A model generated the notes under the pieces. It ran no database searches. It saw only the letters and a list, made by a program, of their open reading frames with translations, and was not told where the DNA came from. A program made the position numbers and the translations under genes. Of a stretch of DNA of 64,000 bases, positions 1 through 14,700 are shown piece by piece. Position 1 is the stretch's first letter. Each line of letters begins with the position of its first letter. Source of the stretch: Yuukianura sp. NJ FZ-2021 (lineage: Eukaryota); assembly GCA_046563655.1 (NCBI GenBank), contig CM102286.1, positions 2,108,001-2,172,000 of the forward strand, written 5' to 3'.

Positions 1-1257
1 CAGACCTTTGAACCAACCTTTTTTTGAAAAGCTTTTCAGTCTTCTTGAAAGTCAAATTTCAGTTTCATTTGTTTCACAAATTTCCAGGTATGATTCAACT
101 TTATGTAAAATTTTGTTTAAAATGTAAACTTTTTAGTTGCGCTTGCGCAATAAATTTTCAGGAAATGTATACGAATTTGTATTTAAAAAAATTTAGGGGC
201 TAAGTGAGACAGTTTTAGGCGTTAAAGTGGGTTTCCCTTTGCTTAATTGAGGTGTGATTGATCTCTTAATTAATTAATTAATTAAAGTGTGAAAATCCAC
301 TTTTAATTAAAAAGCAGGGATCCGTGAGTGGGAATCTAGTCAATTCCGGTAGGATTATTAAAAGCGCTGACGACTGGCCAAAAACGGGAAAATTTTGACA
401 AACTTTTTGAAAAAGAAAGTCAAGTTTGCTTTTAATGATCTCAGAGTCATGCATTTAAATAGTCACCTTGTAAGTCAATTAAGTTAAGCTAATTTTTAAG
501 TCAATTAGTCAAAAACCATAACTATTCTTTCTCTACGTCAGAAACGCCGTAAAGCTTATGGTTTAACATTTTACCAACTTCAAACATTCCAAAATCCGAA
601 TTCGGCTATTGTAAATTTCATTGAAATGGATTTAAAAAGTTACGTAATGTTAATGTAACTAACCTAGGGCTTCGATTAAGTCGGCATAGACTAACGTAAC
701 CAAAAAAATGTAGATAAAATTAAAAATTGCTGTTATGTTAAAGTTAACTAGAATTAAATAGTTTTAATGCCTCATACTACCCGAGCGGAGAAATACGAAG
801 CCAAAGCGTGGACGTAAATCTGTAAGGGGAAATGACGGCAATGAAGGTGGAAAAGTGCAGTATTTCATGTACATAAAAACTAATTAAGTTCGACTAATTA
901 ACATTTAATGTTATAAACTGGTTACCACAATTGGATATTACAACATGTTAAAAATTTTAATAAAGTTACTGTAAGTTAAAGTTACTTCTAGTACTTGAAC
1001 TTAGACATTTTTTTTCATGCTATTCAGAAGTTGAAAAGTTGAATTTTTTTTCGAATTTTAATGAGTGATCGAATGCGTTGCTTTGGAAAAACTCCCATTA
1101 CATTAGTATAGCGGATGCAGGCCAACACAAAAGTTGAAAACTTTCAAAAAAAGTTGAAGATTTTAAAACTTGTCAAAATTTTAGGGATTTGCATTCAGCC
1201 ATATTGGAGTACTCTTTAGGAAACCCAAATTACTAAATTAATTTAATTTATAACAGC

Positions 1258-2584
1258 ATGAGTCGAGTGAAGCTTGGGAAATTAGTGGTGACTAAAATTT
1301 TAAATTCGGCCGGCAAAAGCGGACAAGCCGGAAAGGCACAGGGAAATGTCATCATTCTTCATGGAACATGTAATAAGGCAAAAACTGAACAAAAAATTTC
1401 AAGAATATCAATTTTCAAAAAAATCTTCAAAATTTTGATTAACTTATGGCCTAGGTGACAGTGGATCTGGAATGAGAGATTGGCTGAAAAGCATCAGTAA
1501 AACGGAATTTAGATTTCCAAAGTACCAAGTACTCTACCCTTCAGCTCCACCCCAAAAATATACGCTTCACAATGGACAGGTTTTTACAAAATTTGGAAAA
1601 TAATCAAAATTTTCAAGTTTCGATTTTCCAAAACTGTAGGAATCAACTGTGTGGTTTGATCGTCTGTCCATTGGAGCAGACATGCCAGAAGACAAAGAAT
1701 CCTTGGACAAGAGCGCTGCCGAATTAACTTCGTTTCTAAAAGATGAGTCCGAACGCAGTGGAATCTCCTTGGAAAAAACTGTTATCGTAAAAAAAAAAAT
1801 CTGAATTTCGTCCAAAATTACGAACTTTTAAATTCATTTTTTTTTCGAATTCCACTTTCACTTAAATTGCAGGGCGGATTCTCATCGGGAGGAATTATGG
1901 TAACGAACGACGCTATTGGTGTTGAAGTAAAAATATTTGAAATGAGCGCGAAAAAGTTACTCCCGCCATTTTTTTTAAACTATAGGCGTTGCATATGGGC
2001 TTCCGGTTTCATCCTCAACTTGCCGGCGTCTTCACGCTGTCATCCTTTCTTCCTTCAGATTCGTATGTCTATGAGGTGAGTTCACCGACGTTGACCTGGG
2101 ATAAACTTAGTTTGAAATTGTAAACTAAAGCCAATTTCACACAGAACTTAGACAACTACGGTGAAAAAGAGGTTCCAAGCAGTGCAAAATGTCATCAGCC
2201 AAGTCAACAAAGTGTCTCGCGCTCCAAGAAGCCCCGACTTCAGAAGAAACTGCCAAGACTTTTCATGAGTCAAGGCCAAAGAGATCCACTGGTTCACTAC
2301 AACTGGGGAAAAGCAACTCACAAAAAGTTACTCGTAAGTGAAAATAACATTGACTTTGAGATGCTGAGTGTTGTAATTGGTCATACGCTTTAAAGGAATG
2401 TGGAGTTGAAGGTCACTTCTTCACGGTTCCAAGTGCTGAGCATGGAATCGTAAGCAGTCAACTGAATGTCCTCCATGACTGGATTCAAAAAACTTTGGAA
2501 GATGAGCCACAAGGAAAGTCGAAAAATGGCGGTAGAAAGAAACATCATGTGAATGATGAGTGCTGCATTCCAGCATCTGACTGA
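1258..2584 (+). CDS. LYPLAL1: Lysophospholipase-like 1 / acyl-protein thioesterase family alpha/beta hydrolase (7 exons)
   Basis: Spliced by hand: VIILHGT-CDSG..YPSAP..HNGQ / ESTVWFDRLSI / GGFSSGGIM (nucleophile elbow) / ALHMGFRFHPQLAGVFTLSSFL / LFMSQGQRDPLV / AEHGI; GT-AG introns; TGA at 2582-2584. Confidence 0.85.
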
Positions 2585-2671
2585 ACCATAAAACAAAATT
2601 CATTTCCACGATTTGAACAAATTGATGTTGATTTAACGCAAAATTTTTAAAAATAAAAGTAAACTTTATCT

Positions 2672-3801
2672 TCATTCTGATTCTTCATCTTCGTCAATAT
2701 TGTCATTCCATTGTTTCACTGTAGCACTGCCCATCATATAATCGTCGTGGAGTGCTTTGAAGTTGGGCTTCTTGGTTGTAGATTTGGAAGTCCTCGTGGG
2801 TTTACTTTTTCCGTTGACTACTGTGTTTATACTGGCAGTACTTCCAGTAGTTTTGGCTTTGAAGGTAAATGAGCCGGTTGTCGCTGGTCCACCAAACTCC
2901 TCGTCACTTTCGCTACCTTCTTCTTTCACTTCAGTTTCATCTTCATCTGAATCCGAATTGTAGTCTGTTCCTAATCGTTTACTTTTAACCATTGCAGAGT
3001 CGAAGATTTGCTTGGATTGATGCAGCACTTTGTCCTTTTTGAATTCTGACTTGTTTGCTCCACGCAGTTTCTCCTTGAGTGCTTTCTGTTGCAGATTAAC
3101 GGCATTGAACAACTGTACTACTCCTCTAAAATCAAAGGAGAACAGTGAATTAAAACGCATAGAAGTGAAAGTGATAGTTAAAGTTAGGAAACATACTTGG
3201 TAGCAATTTTGACCAACTCCCGTTCTCTGGACTTGTCTGCTGCGGGGTCTGGTTTGGATCGATTAAGATTTTCCCATTCTTGTAACTGCCTCCTTTGCTT
3301 CAGTTCTAACTTTCTTTGGGCTTTGACGGAAATGAAAGGATCTTCTGAACTGTCCAATTTGGCTTTCTTGACGGGCGGAGCATCTTCTGTCCTGACGTCG
3401 ACGATACCGTCTCCATCTTCAGCTAGTTTTACAACTGGAATGGGAGCTGGAGCCGGAGTTGTCGTTTCAACTTTTTTTCTGATCTAAATATAGCACAACA
3501 AATTAGTTCATATTCTTATTTAAACGTTATTCAAACGTTGCACAGCAAAAGCCCATTTAGCTTCGTTAAGCGATTTTTACCTCAAAGTCTTTCTTCGCTC
3601 GGGAAAGAATGAGTGTTTTTTTATGCTTAGGTTTATTGCTTCCTAATATCCTAGCCATGGAGTCGGCCCATCCAGATTTGACCTCTGTCGCTTCATTTTG
3701 AGTAGCCTCATCGACTTCCTATAAGAAATACGAAAAATACTATTTTATAACTCTTCTGCTAATTTTGCCAGCAAAAATAAACTTTATTTATTCCTTACCA
3801 T
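2672..3801 (-). CDS. RRP15: RRP15-like ribosome biogenesis protein
   Basis: Exons give GWADSMARIL..KTLILSRAK and KIAT-RGVVQLFNAVNLQQK and C-terminal ALHDDYMMGSATVKQW; first coding exon is just ATG (3799-3801) followed by GTAAGG. Confidence 0.85.
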
Positions 3802-4575
3802 TTTGTTATTGGTGCAAATCTCTCGCTTCCTCAAATTAATAATCCAACTTAACGTTCTCAATTAACGATTAATTACTATTTACAGTTAATTACTAACCAA
3901 AAACAATTGACAGAAAAACCTTTTCGCTGCAATACAAAACACGTGTTGGTTGTTCAAAACGTTCGACACACACTGTCCGCTCCACCGCTCACCATATATG
4001 GGCATTCAATTTCTAATTTTAAAAACCGCGCCAAATTCATATTGTTTACATCTTCGACTCAAGCAAGCAAACAGCAAAACAAAAATTTCAACTTGAAGTT
4101 GAACAATATGAATGCTGTTGGATTTATCCTTCATCCTCTCCGTTCCCATTTAATTCAACGTTGATTAACTTCGAGACATTAAGTTATACTTTAAATTATA
4201 TTGGTCAATGGAGGCTTAAACTCTTCAACTCCACTTCGTTATCGTCGTTCCTGTATCGTCTGCTAGGTAAAAATAATTCAATTCTAAAGAAGATTACATT
4301 TCATTACCTAATTTAGAGACTGAGAGACAAGACAAGACAACATTGGTCCGCCTCCTTGGAAGACAACACTTAAAATTTCTAGAGTAGTTACCTCGAATAC
4401 TAATTATACAAAATGTTTACAATCCTTTGGAATTTTCTCCCACAGATTTTTGCAACACAGAGACAGAGGCTACTGGGTCAAAGAATACCGTGTATACTTG
4501 GGGCTAACAACTACGCAGACGCAAGACTGCTTCAACGACATTTATACGACTGAAACGTTTGAACCTGGAGAAGGG

Positions 4576-4933
4576 ATGATAAATTATCTGATTGAAACGC
4601 TGACGGGGAAGACTGGCGACAAAACGAACGATGATGGGCAGAGTCCTGGAACATCTAAGGAATGTCTATCTTGTCGAATAATCGCTGGTGCTGGACTTTG
4701 TGGAGGTGGTGCGTACATTGTCAACGAGGCCATGAAACGAAAGTCACCGGTACAGAAGTACGCCATGTTCGGCATCGCTTCAGGTAAGCAACAGTTTTTG
4801 TCCTTTTAGTACTTGTAAGGCTTGTTATGCTTTTGTTAAGTCTCAGATCGATTGTGCTTCTGCAGGATTTCTGGCGCTTGGAGTGGCTAGGACGTTGAAT
4901 CTCCCACCATTTCCATATTCAGCTAAAAATTAA
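4576..4933 (+). CDS. DMAC1: Distal membrane-arm assembly complex protein 1 (TMEM261/DUF4536-like)
   Basis: ECLSCRIIAGAGLCGGGAYI motif followed by second TM exon GFLALGVARTLNLPPF; intron 4783-4865. Confidence 0.7.
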
Positions 4934-5159
4934 CCAGGTTCAAGTCTTAGGTAATTGAGTAATTCCCATGCGTTAGATTTTGTGAGTCGGAATTTATTAA
5001 ACGAAATTTGGATTTTTGGTAAACTTGGTTTAGAATTTAGAAATCAAGGGTATCTTCAGGTACGTAATTTCGATTCAGTCTTCTTGAGATCATGCAGTTT
5101 CGGCATTCTTCGGAATTTAGATTAGCAGTTGCATAATGTTTGAGAGAGGTCAGGTCAGA

Positions 5160-6299
<1,140 letters not shown>

Positions 6300-6878
6300 C
6301 CCCAATTTGGAAAGAAAACTTTAGAAACAAGTGGAATTTTGGAACAGCGCAGAATCAAAAATTTTGAGCAACAAAAAACGGTGGTTGTGGTTCGTTACCG
6401 GGTTTGCTTCGGACTCAATCAGCAGCACTGCGACTGTTTCCCCTGGAAACGAATCTGAAAAGAAAAGAAAAAAAAATTAGAAAATTTTACCGATTTCCCC
6501 AAAACTTCAAATTTTGAAACACTTTTTGGATCAACCGATAGGAACATGATGGAGAACGACTGCAAGCCGCGCATAAACGTTAGAAAGTTGACAATTTAGA
6601 AGTGCCAACTAAAACTTAAGATGCAATTAGTAATTGATTAGTTGAGCTTTACCTTCAGTGAGAACTGAACGTCAGCAGTGTACTTAAGTAGTCGAAATAC
6701 GTCGCTCCCTTCAAGTCATGAAAAATTTTGACAGCAATTTGAAAAAGCCGAGATAAGAGAGCGGCGTGTTGCCTGCTCGAACTCCAAAATTGAACTGACG
6801 AAAATTATTTAGCAGTTGTGAAAACGAAAACAGAGGTCAACAACCTCTACTCTCTTTGATGACGCTAACTGAGTTTGC

Positions 6879-6892
6879 GTTGTCATGGCAAC
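6879..6892. promoter_or_regulatory. RFX X-box upstream of TSSK
   Basis: GTTGTCATGGCAAC matches the GTHNYY-AT-RRNAAC X-box consensus. Confidence 0.6.
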
Positions 6893-6978
6893 TTAACTTA
6901 AGAAAAATTACGTTTTTTCATGCTTCTTCAGAAACCCGCGTGACATTTATTTCTTCTTTTCATTTTCCTGGAGATTTT

Positions 6979-8147
6979 TTACGTTCCGATTTTACCGAGT
7001 CTAGCATCAGTCTTTGGATTGGCTGAAATTGTTTGAATTGCTACAATACACTCGTTGATCTTGGTTTGAAGTTCACGGAGATCGTGGATGTACAGTAGAC
7101 GTAGAATCTAAAATCAAAAATGACATTTGTCACTCTGTTTACTTTACTTGAAAGTACTGGCAAGTATTCTTACTCGGGATGCTTGATTTGTAACGTAATC
7201 TCCCGACTTGAACCCCATATCCGCTTCAGCTTCTTGGATCGGCCAAGGAGCTCCCTAACAAAATATTTTCGAATAAAGTTAGAATTTTGACAAGTTTTGT
7301 TTGAACACTGACGTTGAACTAAACTTACCTTTGTTTTGATATCTTCGAGATTCTTCATGACTTGGACCGACATCCGATTCTTGACCAGCGTTGCAATTGC
7401 TTCCAGAGTGATCAGATGATTGGGATGATCAGCGATACTCAGTAACTTTGCCAAATCCCGAACTCCTTCGATGAACTCTGGAGCGTTAACTAAAGATAAG
7501 ACAAAACGAGTTCATGTGAATCACGATGCTTAAATTGACGAAATAAATGACAGTTTCAATTCAAGTGCTAACAGTCCAAATTGTCGAACGGATTTGCAGT
7601 CTTCATACAGGGTGCATGACGAGATCCCACATCAATTTTTCCGGTATATAAGTCTGGATGCTTTTGTCCTGAAAATATTAAGATCATAATTCGCTTGATA
7701 TCGATTGAGCATAGAAGAAGGCGAAAGTTTTACTGTGTCAGTTACTGTTGTCGTTGTATTTGTGACCCAATGCAAGATTCAGGAACCAGCTGATCACTTC
7801 CACCCGCTGCTCACAATTGATTTGCTTCGGAATCCCGCCGAGGTCATTGCAGTATTGTTGAAATGAATTGTTCCAGTTCGGATCCGTAGCGTTTAGCAAT
7901 CCTCTTCGTTCTGGAGAATCCATGTCATACCGTCTAATGTATTCATTTTCAAGCCAGCCAACCAAAAGCCGTACCTGCGGTTCATCTAAAAATGTATACA
8001 AACGAGGTAACAATTAAACTTAAAGCTATTCAATTTCAGTTTATAGAACTTTGAATAATTAAATCCACTTTTAGTTTTACCGTCAACGTCAAAAGCTTCA
8101 CTCAGTGGATGTGGATACTTCAAGGCCTCCAGCTTCCGGCGGAACAT
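6979..8147 (-). CDS. RTRAF: RNA transcription, translation and transport factor (C14orf166/CGI-99; tRNA-ligase complex subunit)
   Basis: MFRRKLEALKYP start, LVGWLENEYIRRY, C-terminal ILRLLYIHDLRELQTKINECIVAIQTISANPKTDARLGKIG. Confidence 0.9.
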
Positions 8148-8330
8148 TCTACCTTCTTTACGACAGATTCGTGTCAACGAACCTTAGAATTATCGCAAAC
8201 AACTGCTTTAAGTAATTAATTAAACACAATTAACAATTAGTAACTGCCGGAATTAATTTCAGTTTTAGTTTTACAAATTCCTATTCTCAAATTAAAATGT
8301 TTGACGGCTCTCAAAATGTAAACAGAAAAT

Positions 8331-8341
8331 GCGCGGGAAAA
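8331..8341. promoter_or_regulatory. E2F-type site in RTRAF/POLA2 divergent promoter
   Basis: GCGCGGGAAAA (reverse TTTTCCCGCGC) between divergent genes, one a replication gene. Confidence 0.45.
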
Positions 8342-8703
8342 GTGTTTTGGCAAAAACGAAAATGTTGCAAGTAATTATACTAATTTTTGTACAAACATTA
8401 ATTCAATTAATTAAGTTAAACGTGGTGGACGTTCAAAATTAAATATAAGTTAACTCCTTTAACTAAATAACGTTTTAATGCTTCAACGAACACATTTTGA
8501 TTAACTTTTTGTTCGAATCATTACTGCCCATATGCGATTCAAGAGGTGGATTGTGACGGTAACCGTTACTCCAACCGACAAAATTTTTTGGTGGGTTCTT
8601 TTTTGGTTCATTTGCTCATTCGCCGTTCTTTAGCACAGTCGAAACAAAGAAACACATACCAAACAAGGTTAGCAAGAGGAGGCCAAACTAATTACCAGAG
8701 GAA

Positions 8704-11700
8704 ATGGCGTCCACGTTGAATTCAACAGGTCAAGAGGTGAGTCCAAACAATTACATGCATATTCTCAATTAGTTGTTCACTAGCTTTCCTGAAAGGCATG
8801 GCTAATCATAGTAAAGGTCAAGCAGTCGTCTAACGTAATTTAGGCTATGACGTACTGAATACCCTCGAAAATTCCAAAAATTGTTCTCCTAAAGGTGCTT
8901 ATCGACTGTTTCATATCGGCGACCATTTGTAAGTATTTAATTCAATTTTTAATCGTATAATGCATCGGATAGGCGTTGAATCACTGAAGAGATACGGTAG
9001 TTTCCGTTTGAAATGCGCATGCGTGTATGTTCCTTTGGACAAACCGATCAAAAAATCGCTGGGTGATGGTGTGAGCTTTTAGTTTTAGACATGTCAATTA
9101 TTAATTAGCATGACATGAGGACATTGTAGCTAAAGGAGTAAGTGGGTTCATGAGTGTGACGTTAGTATTTGGTCGTGTCGAATGCTGGACACTTGTTGAA
9201 TACATGAGGGGAAAGAGCAGAGTGGAGCCAGAAGAAGGGGGAGACATAACACTTGCTCTTAATTTCCTGCTACCAATGAACTTAACAGTGTCTAACGTTC
9301 GGTTTACTCTCAAGCTCTCCTGATTTAGCTTCAGTTCTAAACTAAAAAAGGGGAGAACTGCTCAAATTCTAAATATTCTAAAAGCTTTCTTCTTTTTCGA
9401 GTGTTCTAGGGTTGTCCCGATAGGATTCCAGCAGCCAGACTAGGGTTCTAGAAGAGGATTGGATTGATAGAGCTCTCTGGGCCTAAATAAATAAGAATTG
9501 AATCAGTGGAGATGAAGTTCGTCAAAGCCAAGTTATCTTTTCATGAGCAGCATCTTTGCAAACCAACCACCCTCTTTTTCATCTCTCTCAAGAGGACATC
9601 ATCTCTGCCACTTACGTGGTCTGTCTGGCTCTCTCCTTGTTATGTCAGTCCTTTCTGAACCCAAGTCAAGCTTCATCTCCACCAAGAAGTGCCTGTTACA
9701 ATGTTCCTAACATCCTCCATGTGTGTTGCGTGAAGGAACTTTTTAAGAAAGTCCAACAAGATAACTAGTACCTTGGGGTCCGCAGTTGGTACACGTATGT
9801 GTGTGTGTGAATGTGTGTGTGATGTGTAAAACTAGCCTCGGGGCAAAAGGTGTCTAGCCTCCTCGACAAGCATTTTTAAGAAGCGAAAAGTGCTTTTGGA
9901 CAATTTGGGTTCCAACAGAGTGAGGTAGAGGTATGTCTCACAGTATTTTTTAGTGTAGTTTGCTGACTGGGGAGGAAGGAGGGGCTTTGGTGGGCTTAAT
10001 TGTTGCTTTTTACCTTGCCAGATCCCAACGAACAAACGTCTCTTTTTCAGCTGCCTTCTTTTATAAAAGCTATGCGGACAATCTGCGTTGAAAGAACAAA
10101 AAAGACAATGGAATTGGTGTATTAAGGGGATGATAGAATAAGATGGGGAGTTCGGAATGACGAAGACGATGAGGGTAAGAAAAAGACGCGTTCGTTGGTA
10201 CCTTGTTTCTATAAATTTAGAGGGTAGGAAACCCAGAAATTTTTGTGTTGTTGCCATAGCCCAGGGTTAAGCTAAACCCCCACACTTCTTGGCCTTACCT
10301 GAACTTTTTTAATAACGTTTTGATACTTGTATGTCTTATGTTTCAGTTTAGTGGCTTCTTCTGAACGCACTCTTGCTTGAGTATCCCTGTGGCGTGGGTG
10401 AGCGTGAAGAGTTCTGCATCTTGTAACCAAAAACTTACTACAAATTTCATCCATTTTCTGGATTCGGGTAACAATCGTACAACTTTTTCATAATTTTGAT
10501 TTTGGAGAATTGGATTCAGTTTGTATATCTGGGAGATGCATGTGTCTAACGTATGTTTCTGTGTATTTTGCTACTAGGGGAGTTGTGTGGTGAATATTTG
10601 TGGAGCAGTATATAAATTTATTCATTGAAGAATAGAGCGAGGACTTCCGCTTTTTAGGATCATTTAGGAGGGTGAGGTTCATTGGAGACAATGAAGAGTT
10701 TAGTACTTTGACAAGATATAAAATACTACAGTGTTGTTCACAAAAAAGTAGACGCCAACAAACTCAAAAGTTCGTTGATTTTGAAAATTATGGGGGGTGA
10801 TGCGTACCAAATTCAAAGAAAATAATACGCACATTGTATTTTTTTTTTTGTATTTAAGCTTTTTTGCCTGCCATCTCCCACCAGAAATTAATAATTTTTG
10901 AAATGTTTTTGCGGTGTCTACTTTTTTGTGAACAACACTGTACATCCACACAAAGAATTTTTTACTACTATATGCTATGTTATGTTAGGTCTGAATTTGA
11001 GATGTGGATAACTTGTTACTCTGACTGTACACTATGAATGTTTCAGTGTTGTACATTTTTCCTTTGTTTCCATTCGAGCGTTTTTGGTTGAAATGTGATG
11101 ACTAACCGAATGATTCAAGATGCCGATAGTTAGGGTAGTAACTACTAAAACCAAAAGAGTCAAGAGTCAGGCACAGATTATAGACATTTATTTCCTAGAG
11201 TTGAATTCATCATTACTCCCAGTTTATACAAAACCAGAGTTCGATCATGGTGGCGTGCTTAGTTGGGAGTGACTGACTGAGAACAGTCATGATTTTCTGC
11301 TTTGTCTTATTCATGTTCTGGTCAAAAGAACTGAGAACTGCATGTTTGCAACAACGTCCAACATTTGTTGAAAAGTTGTGTCGAGTTAGACAAGATTTCT
11401 GAAATTATTTTCCCGATCATCAGTCATCATTATTTATTGGGAGGGAATAAATTTGAAGATCATGATTTCGAACCCAGACTGGCAGGATTGACAAGTATGA
11501 ATGTTGGCAGTTGCTTACTGGTTTTGTCTAAGGGTTGAGGTCATTTACGCTTTGTAATCTGTGAAATGGATCAAACAACAGTGCTTTAGTGCAGAAAATT
11601 ATTAGAATATACATGCATAATGTAGTTTATGTTTTGTGTGTTCATGTACATACTAAATCGTGATGATTTGAGAGGCAGTTGTCAGAAGTTGCATTACATT

Positions 11701-14700
11701 GTTTTCAAAAATAACGTTGGGCTGAGAGATACGATGACCCTGGATAGTTTCATTGTGAATTGAAATTCAAAAGGGAGAGGTCAGGGAGTTGTAAACGAAA
11801 AACCTTGAACTTTTCTTTGTTGTTTGTCGCAAGAAATTTCCATAATGTAAATCTTGTTGGCAGTTGATTTTTCAAAATTTCGAATATTGTATTTGGGGGG
11901 AAATGTGTTCGTTTGACTTCTTTTGTAATATGGCGTACATGGTCATTGTCGGTTTTAGTCTTTTTTTTTTATATGTTTTTGGTACAGTAATACCTCTCAT
12001 TGCGCAACACGTTTTCGCTAAAAAATATGCTAAGAAAAAGGGTTTTACGTTTACTATAAGTTTTGTTAATTTAGCTCAAAAATTTTTGACTAGTTTTTCG
12101 TATTCTTGTTAAGTAAATTTTGATTTATGTTAGGCGGGGTTAGCAACGAAAGGTTTTAATTGAGATTTACGGTGGTTAAAATTTGTGACGAAAAAGACGT
12201 TAATTTTGAAATTTCTGCTCGTGTTTGACGTCACTATTCGCCTCCTTGACACTTCCTATTTCCTGTTTGCAGATGAGTTTCATGGTTAAAGTCAAATTGC
12301 CATCGGATAAGCTAACGTATAGTTCATGCTTTCAAAATTTTTCAAAAGTTACATGTTGTTACAAATGTCGCAATTTTTGTGAGTTCTATTCTATTCTTCT
12401 AGGTTTTTAGTCGAAGTGATTTGAGATTTGGTTCTGAGAATTTTAGACCTCATCCTTCAAAGTTCTATTGCTTGCACAGAGTAATTCTGTTTTATGACTT
12501 TGCATGGAAGGCTATAAGCAATGTGTCTGTAATGCTCGTTTACATTTATGTAACATGACATCGTTAACTTCTTTTTTTTTGTACATGCGAATTGACAAAA
12601 CGACTAGCTTTGCTTTCATCTTCTGTAAAAGTTCTTTTAGATCCTATTCGTAGTTGTGATCGTGTCATCTTCATCGTCAGTGAACTCAAATTCAGTCGTG
12701 TTAGTTTCAATTTCTTGTGAATGTGAATTTTGACACTTCAATTCATTTAGTTTAGCAGTTAAATTCAATTAGTAATTGAAATTGAGGACATCGATGGTAT
12801 ATGGGACTAGACGAAATTGTGTTTTAGTTAACTCGGACTTTGACTTTAGTCGCTTTTAGTACAAAAACTGAAGGAAATTCAAAACGTTAAGATGGGATCA
12901 AAAATTCCCGCCAAAATGTGTCGGTTGGGCCCTTGCGTGCCAGCGTGCCTTCAAGCTTAGGGAGAGGGGAGCCCTTTTTAAGAGATGCGACGCTTCTTTT
13001 GAAATTTTCCCTCCTTTTAGTTTTCATTTGCGAAAGAATGAGGAAATCAGGAAAAAGACCTTCATTTAAGCGTCCAGGGACCCTTAAGGGCCCCCTTCCT
13101 TCCTTTTCTCACAGAGATTCTCTGAATTTCAAAGAGATTTTTTGTGTATTATCCCAAAACACCCTGCTCTATTCAAGTCCTGTTCCACCTTTTCTTCTTG
13201 TTTTGTTCAAATAACGGCCCATTTTGAAAAAATCTTTTCAAAAAAATCTTTGCGGAGGAAGCGGGAAGGTGGGAAAATTTTGATCTTTGGATTTTGAGAA
13301 GCAACGGCTTCACTTTTCACCTGGCTTTTTGGAGGTGCCCTTAAAATCTTCCTTTTTTCAGACGTTAGCGTCCCTCTCCGAAAAGTGGGGCCCTTGAAGT
13401 CTTCTCAGAAATCTCAGTAGGGACTTTTGTGTTTTGTGGGGGCCCCTTAGATCTTTGAGATGTTGAGGGATGCTATTGCTCTGCACAGTTCGATTATTGG
13501 TCCAGAAGGGCCCTCTTGGTCTTAAGTTTTCCCTCTCTTTTGGTATTTCCGTCCCTTGGAAGGCGAAAGGGAGCCCTTCCTTGTACCTTCGAAGTTTTTT
13601 TTAAGTTAACAAACAAGCGCGAAGGACTCGGTCATTCATTTTCTGATCTTACGCCGGAGAGAATCTACGGTGAGGAGCGCGGGAATTTGAAGGACGCTAG
13701 ACTTGAGTTTCTTGAGTATTTTTAAGTTAGCGTTGGCTAAGTTAGGAGATTGCCAATTATTGTAATTTGTTAATTGATTTAGGTTAAGTTAGTTAGTCAC
13801 GTGGCGAACAAAGTTTCGGCGGGAAAATATTCCACGTCGGAGAAGTGAACAAGTGAGTTGTCTGTTTGGTGGGTGTCGACCTAGTGGGCACAGTCCTTAA
13901 GTGACTCTTGTGACTAGATCCACACTCATCAAGGAGGCAATTCAAAATCAGCGGGGTCACGAGGTCAACTGGGATTTCAAAGTCAGCGGAGGTCACGAGG
14001 TCAACTGACCGGAAACCGGCAAACCTAAGCAGAAGTTGGCGGGAAGAAGAGGATATTCATCGGATTTCTCTCGGTGGGTTTGTTTCTAGTGCGTGTTGCT
14101 TTGATGTGCATGACTAGATCCATACTCATCTAAAGAAGTCTTGGTCGCTGCGCCAGACACTTGGAATCAAAATGGCGCCAAAACTCACTTCATGAACTGA
14201 AGAATGCTAAATTTTTAAATTTTGTTCTTAAATTATTTCAATATCGTTCTTTACGTTTAGTTTTTAGCATAACTTGTAATATTGATGTAGGTAGTTTTGT
14301 TTAGTTTTAGCAAAAACATGTTAAGCTTAGAATTAGGAATTTTTGTAAGTTTTTAGTTTATAATTTGAATTTTGAATTGCAGAAAGCTTGAATCTGTGAA
14401 AATTTTAAAGAATTTTTCAAATTCGTCGGGGTGGGATTGGCAAAATTTGTGTGAAAGTGGCTTAAGATGATTGAGGAAAATGAGGGATGATGATGATTGG
14501 ATTGACAATGATGTGGAATAATTATGAGTAAGTTGAATGTTATGTTATGTTTTACGTTGTGTTTGGTATGCATGGGAAACGCTTGAGCATTTCTGTGAGA
14601 TTCTGACATGGACATACTAGGGAAGATGCCGGTCGTCGGTCGTTGAAAATTTGTTGGCTTGTCTACCTGTGGGTCTCTTCATTTTTTCGTTATGTTGGAG

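Noticed and set aside
235..318. Degenerate palindrome around (TTAA)n
   Set aside because: Low-complexity, imperfect arms, no TSD or second copy seen
2757..3487. Plus-strand ORFs opposite RRP15, and similar antisense ORFs over TSSK, DPP3, SPATA7, aftiphilin and the LOR genes
   Set aside because: Antisense shadows of real exons with no family motifs
12927..13578. CRISPR-like repeat-spacer array
   Set aside because: Repeats are only 8-12 bp, variable and irregularly spaced; eukaryotic context with no cas genes
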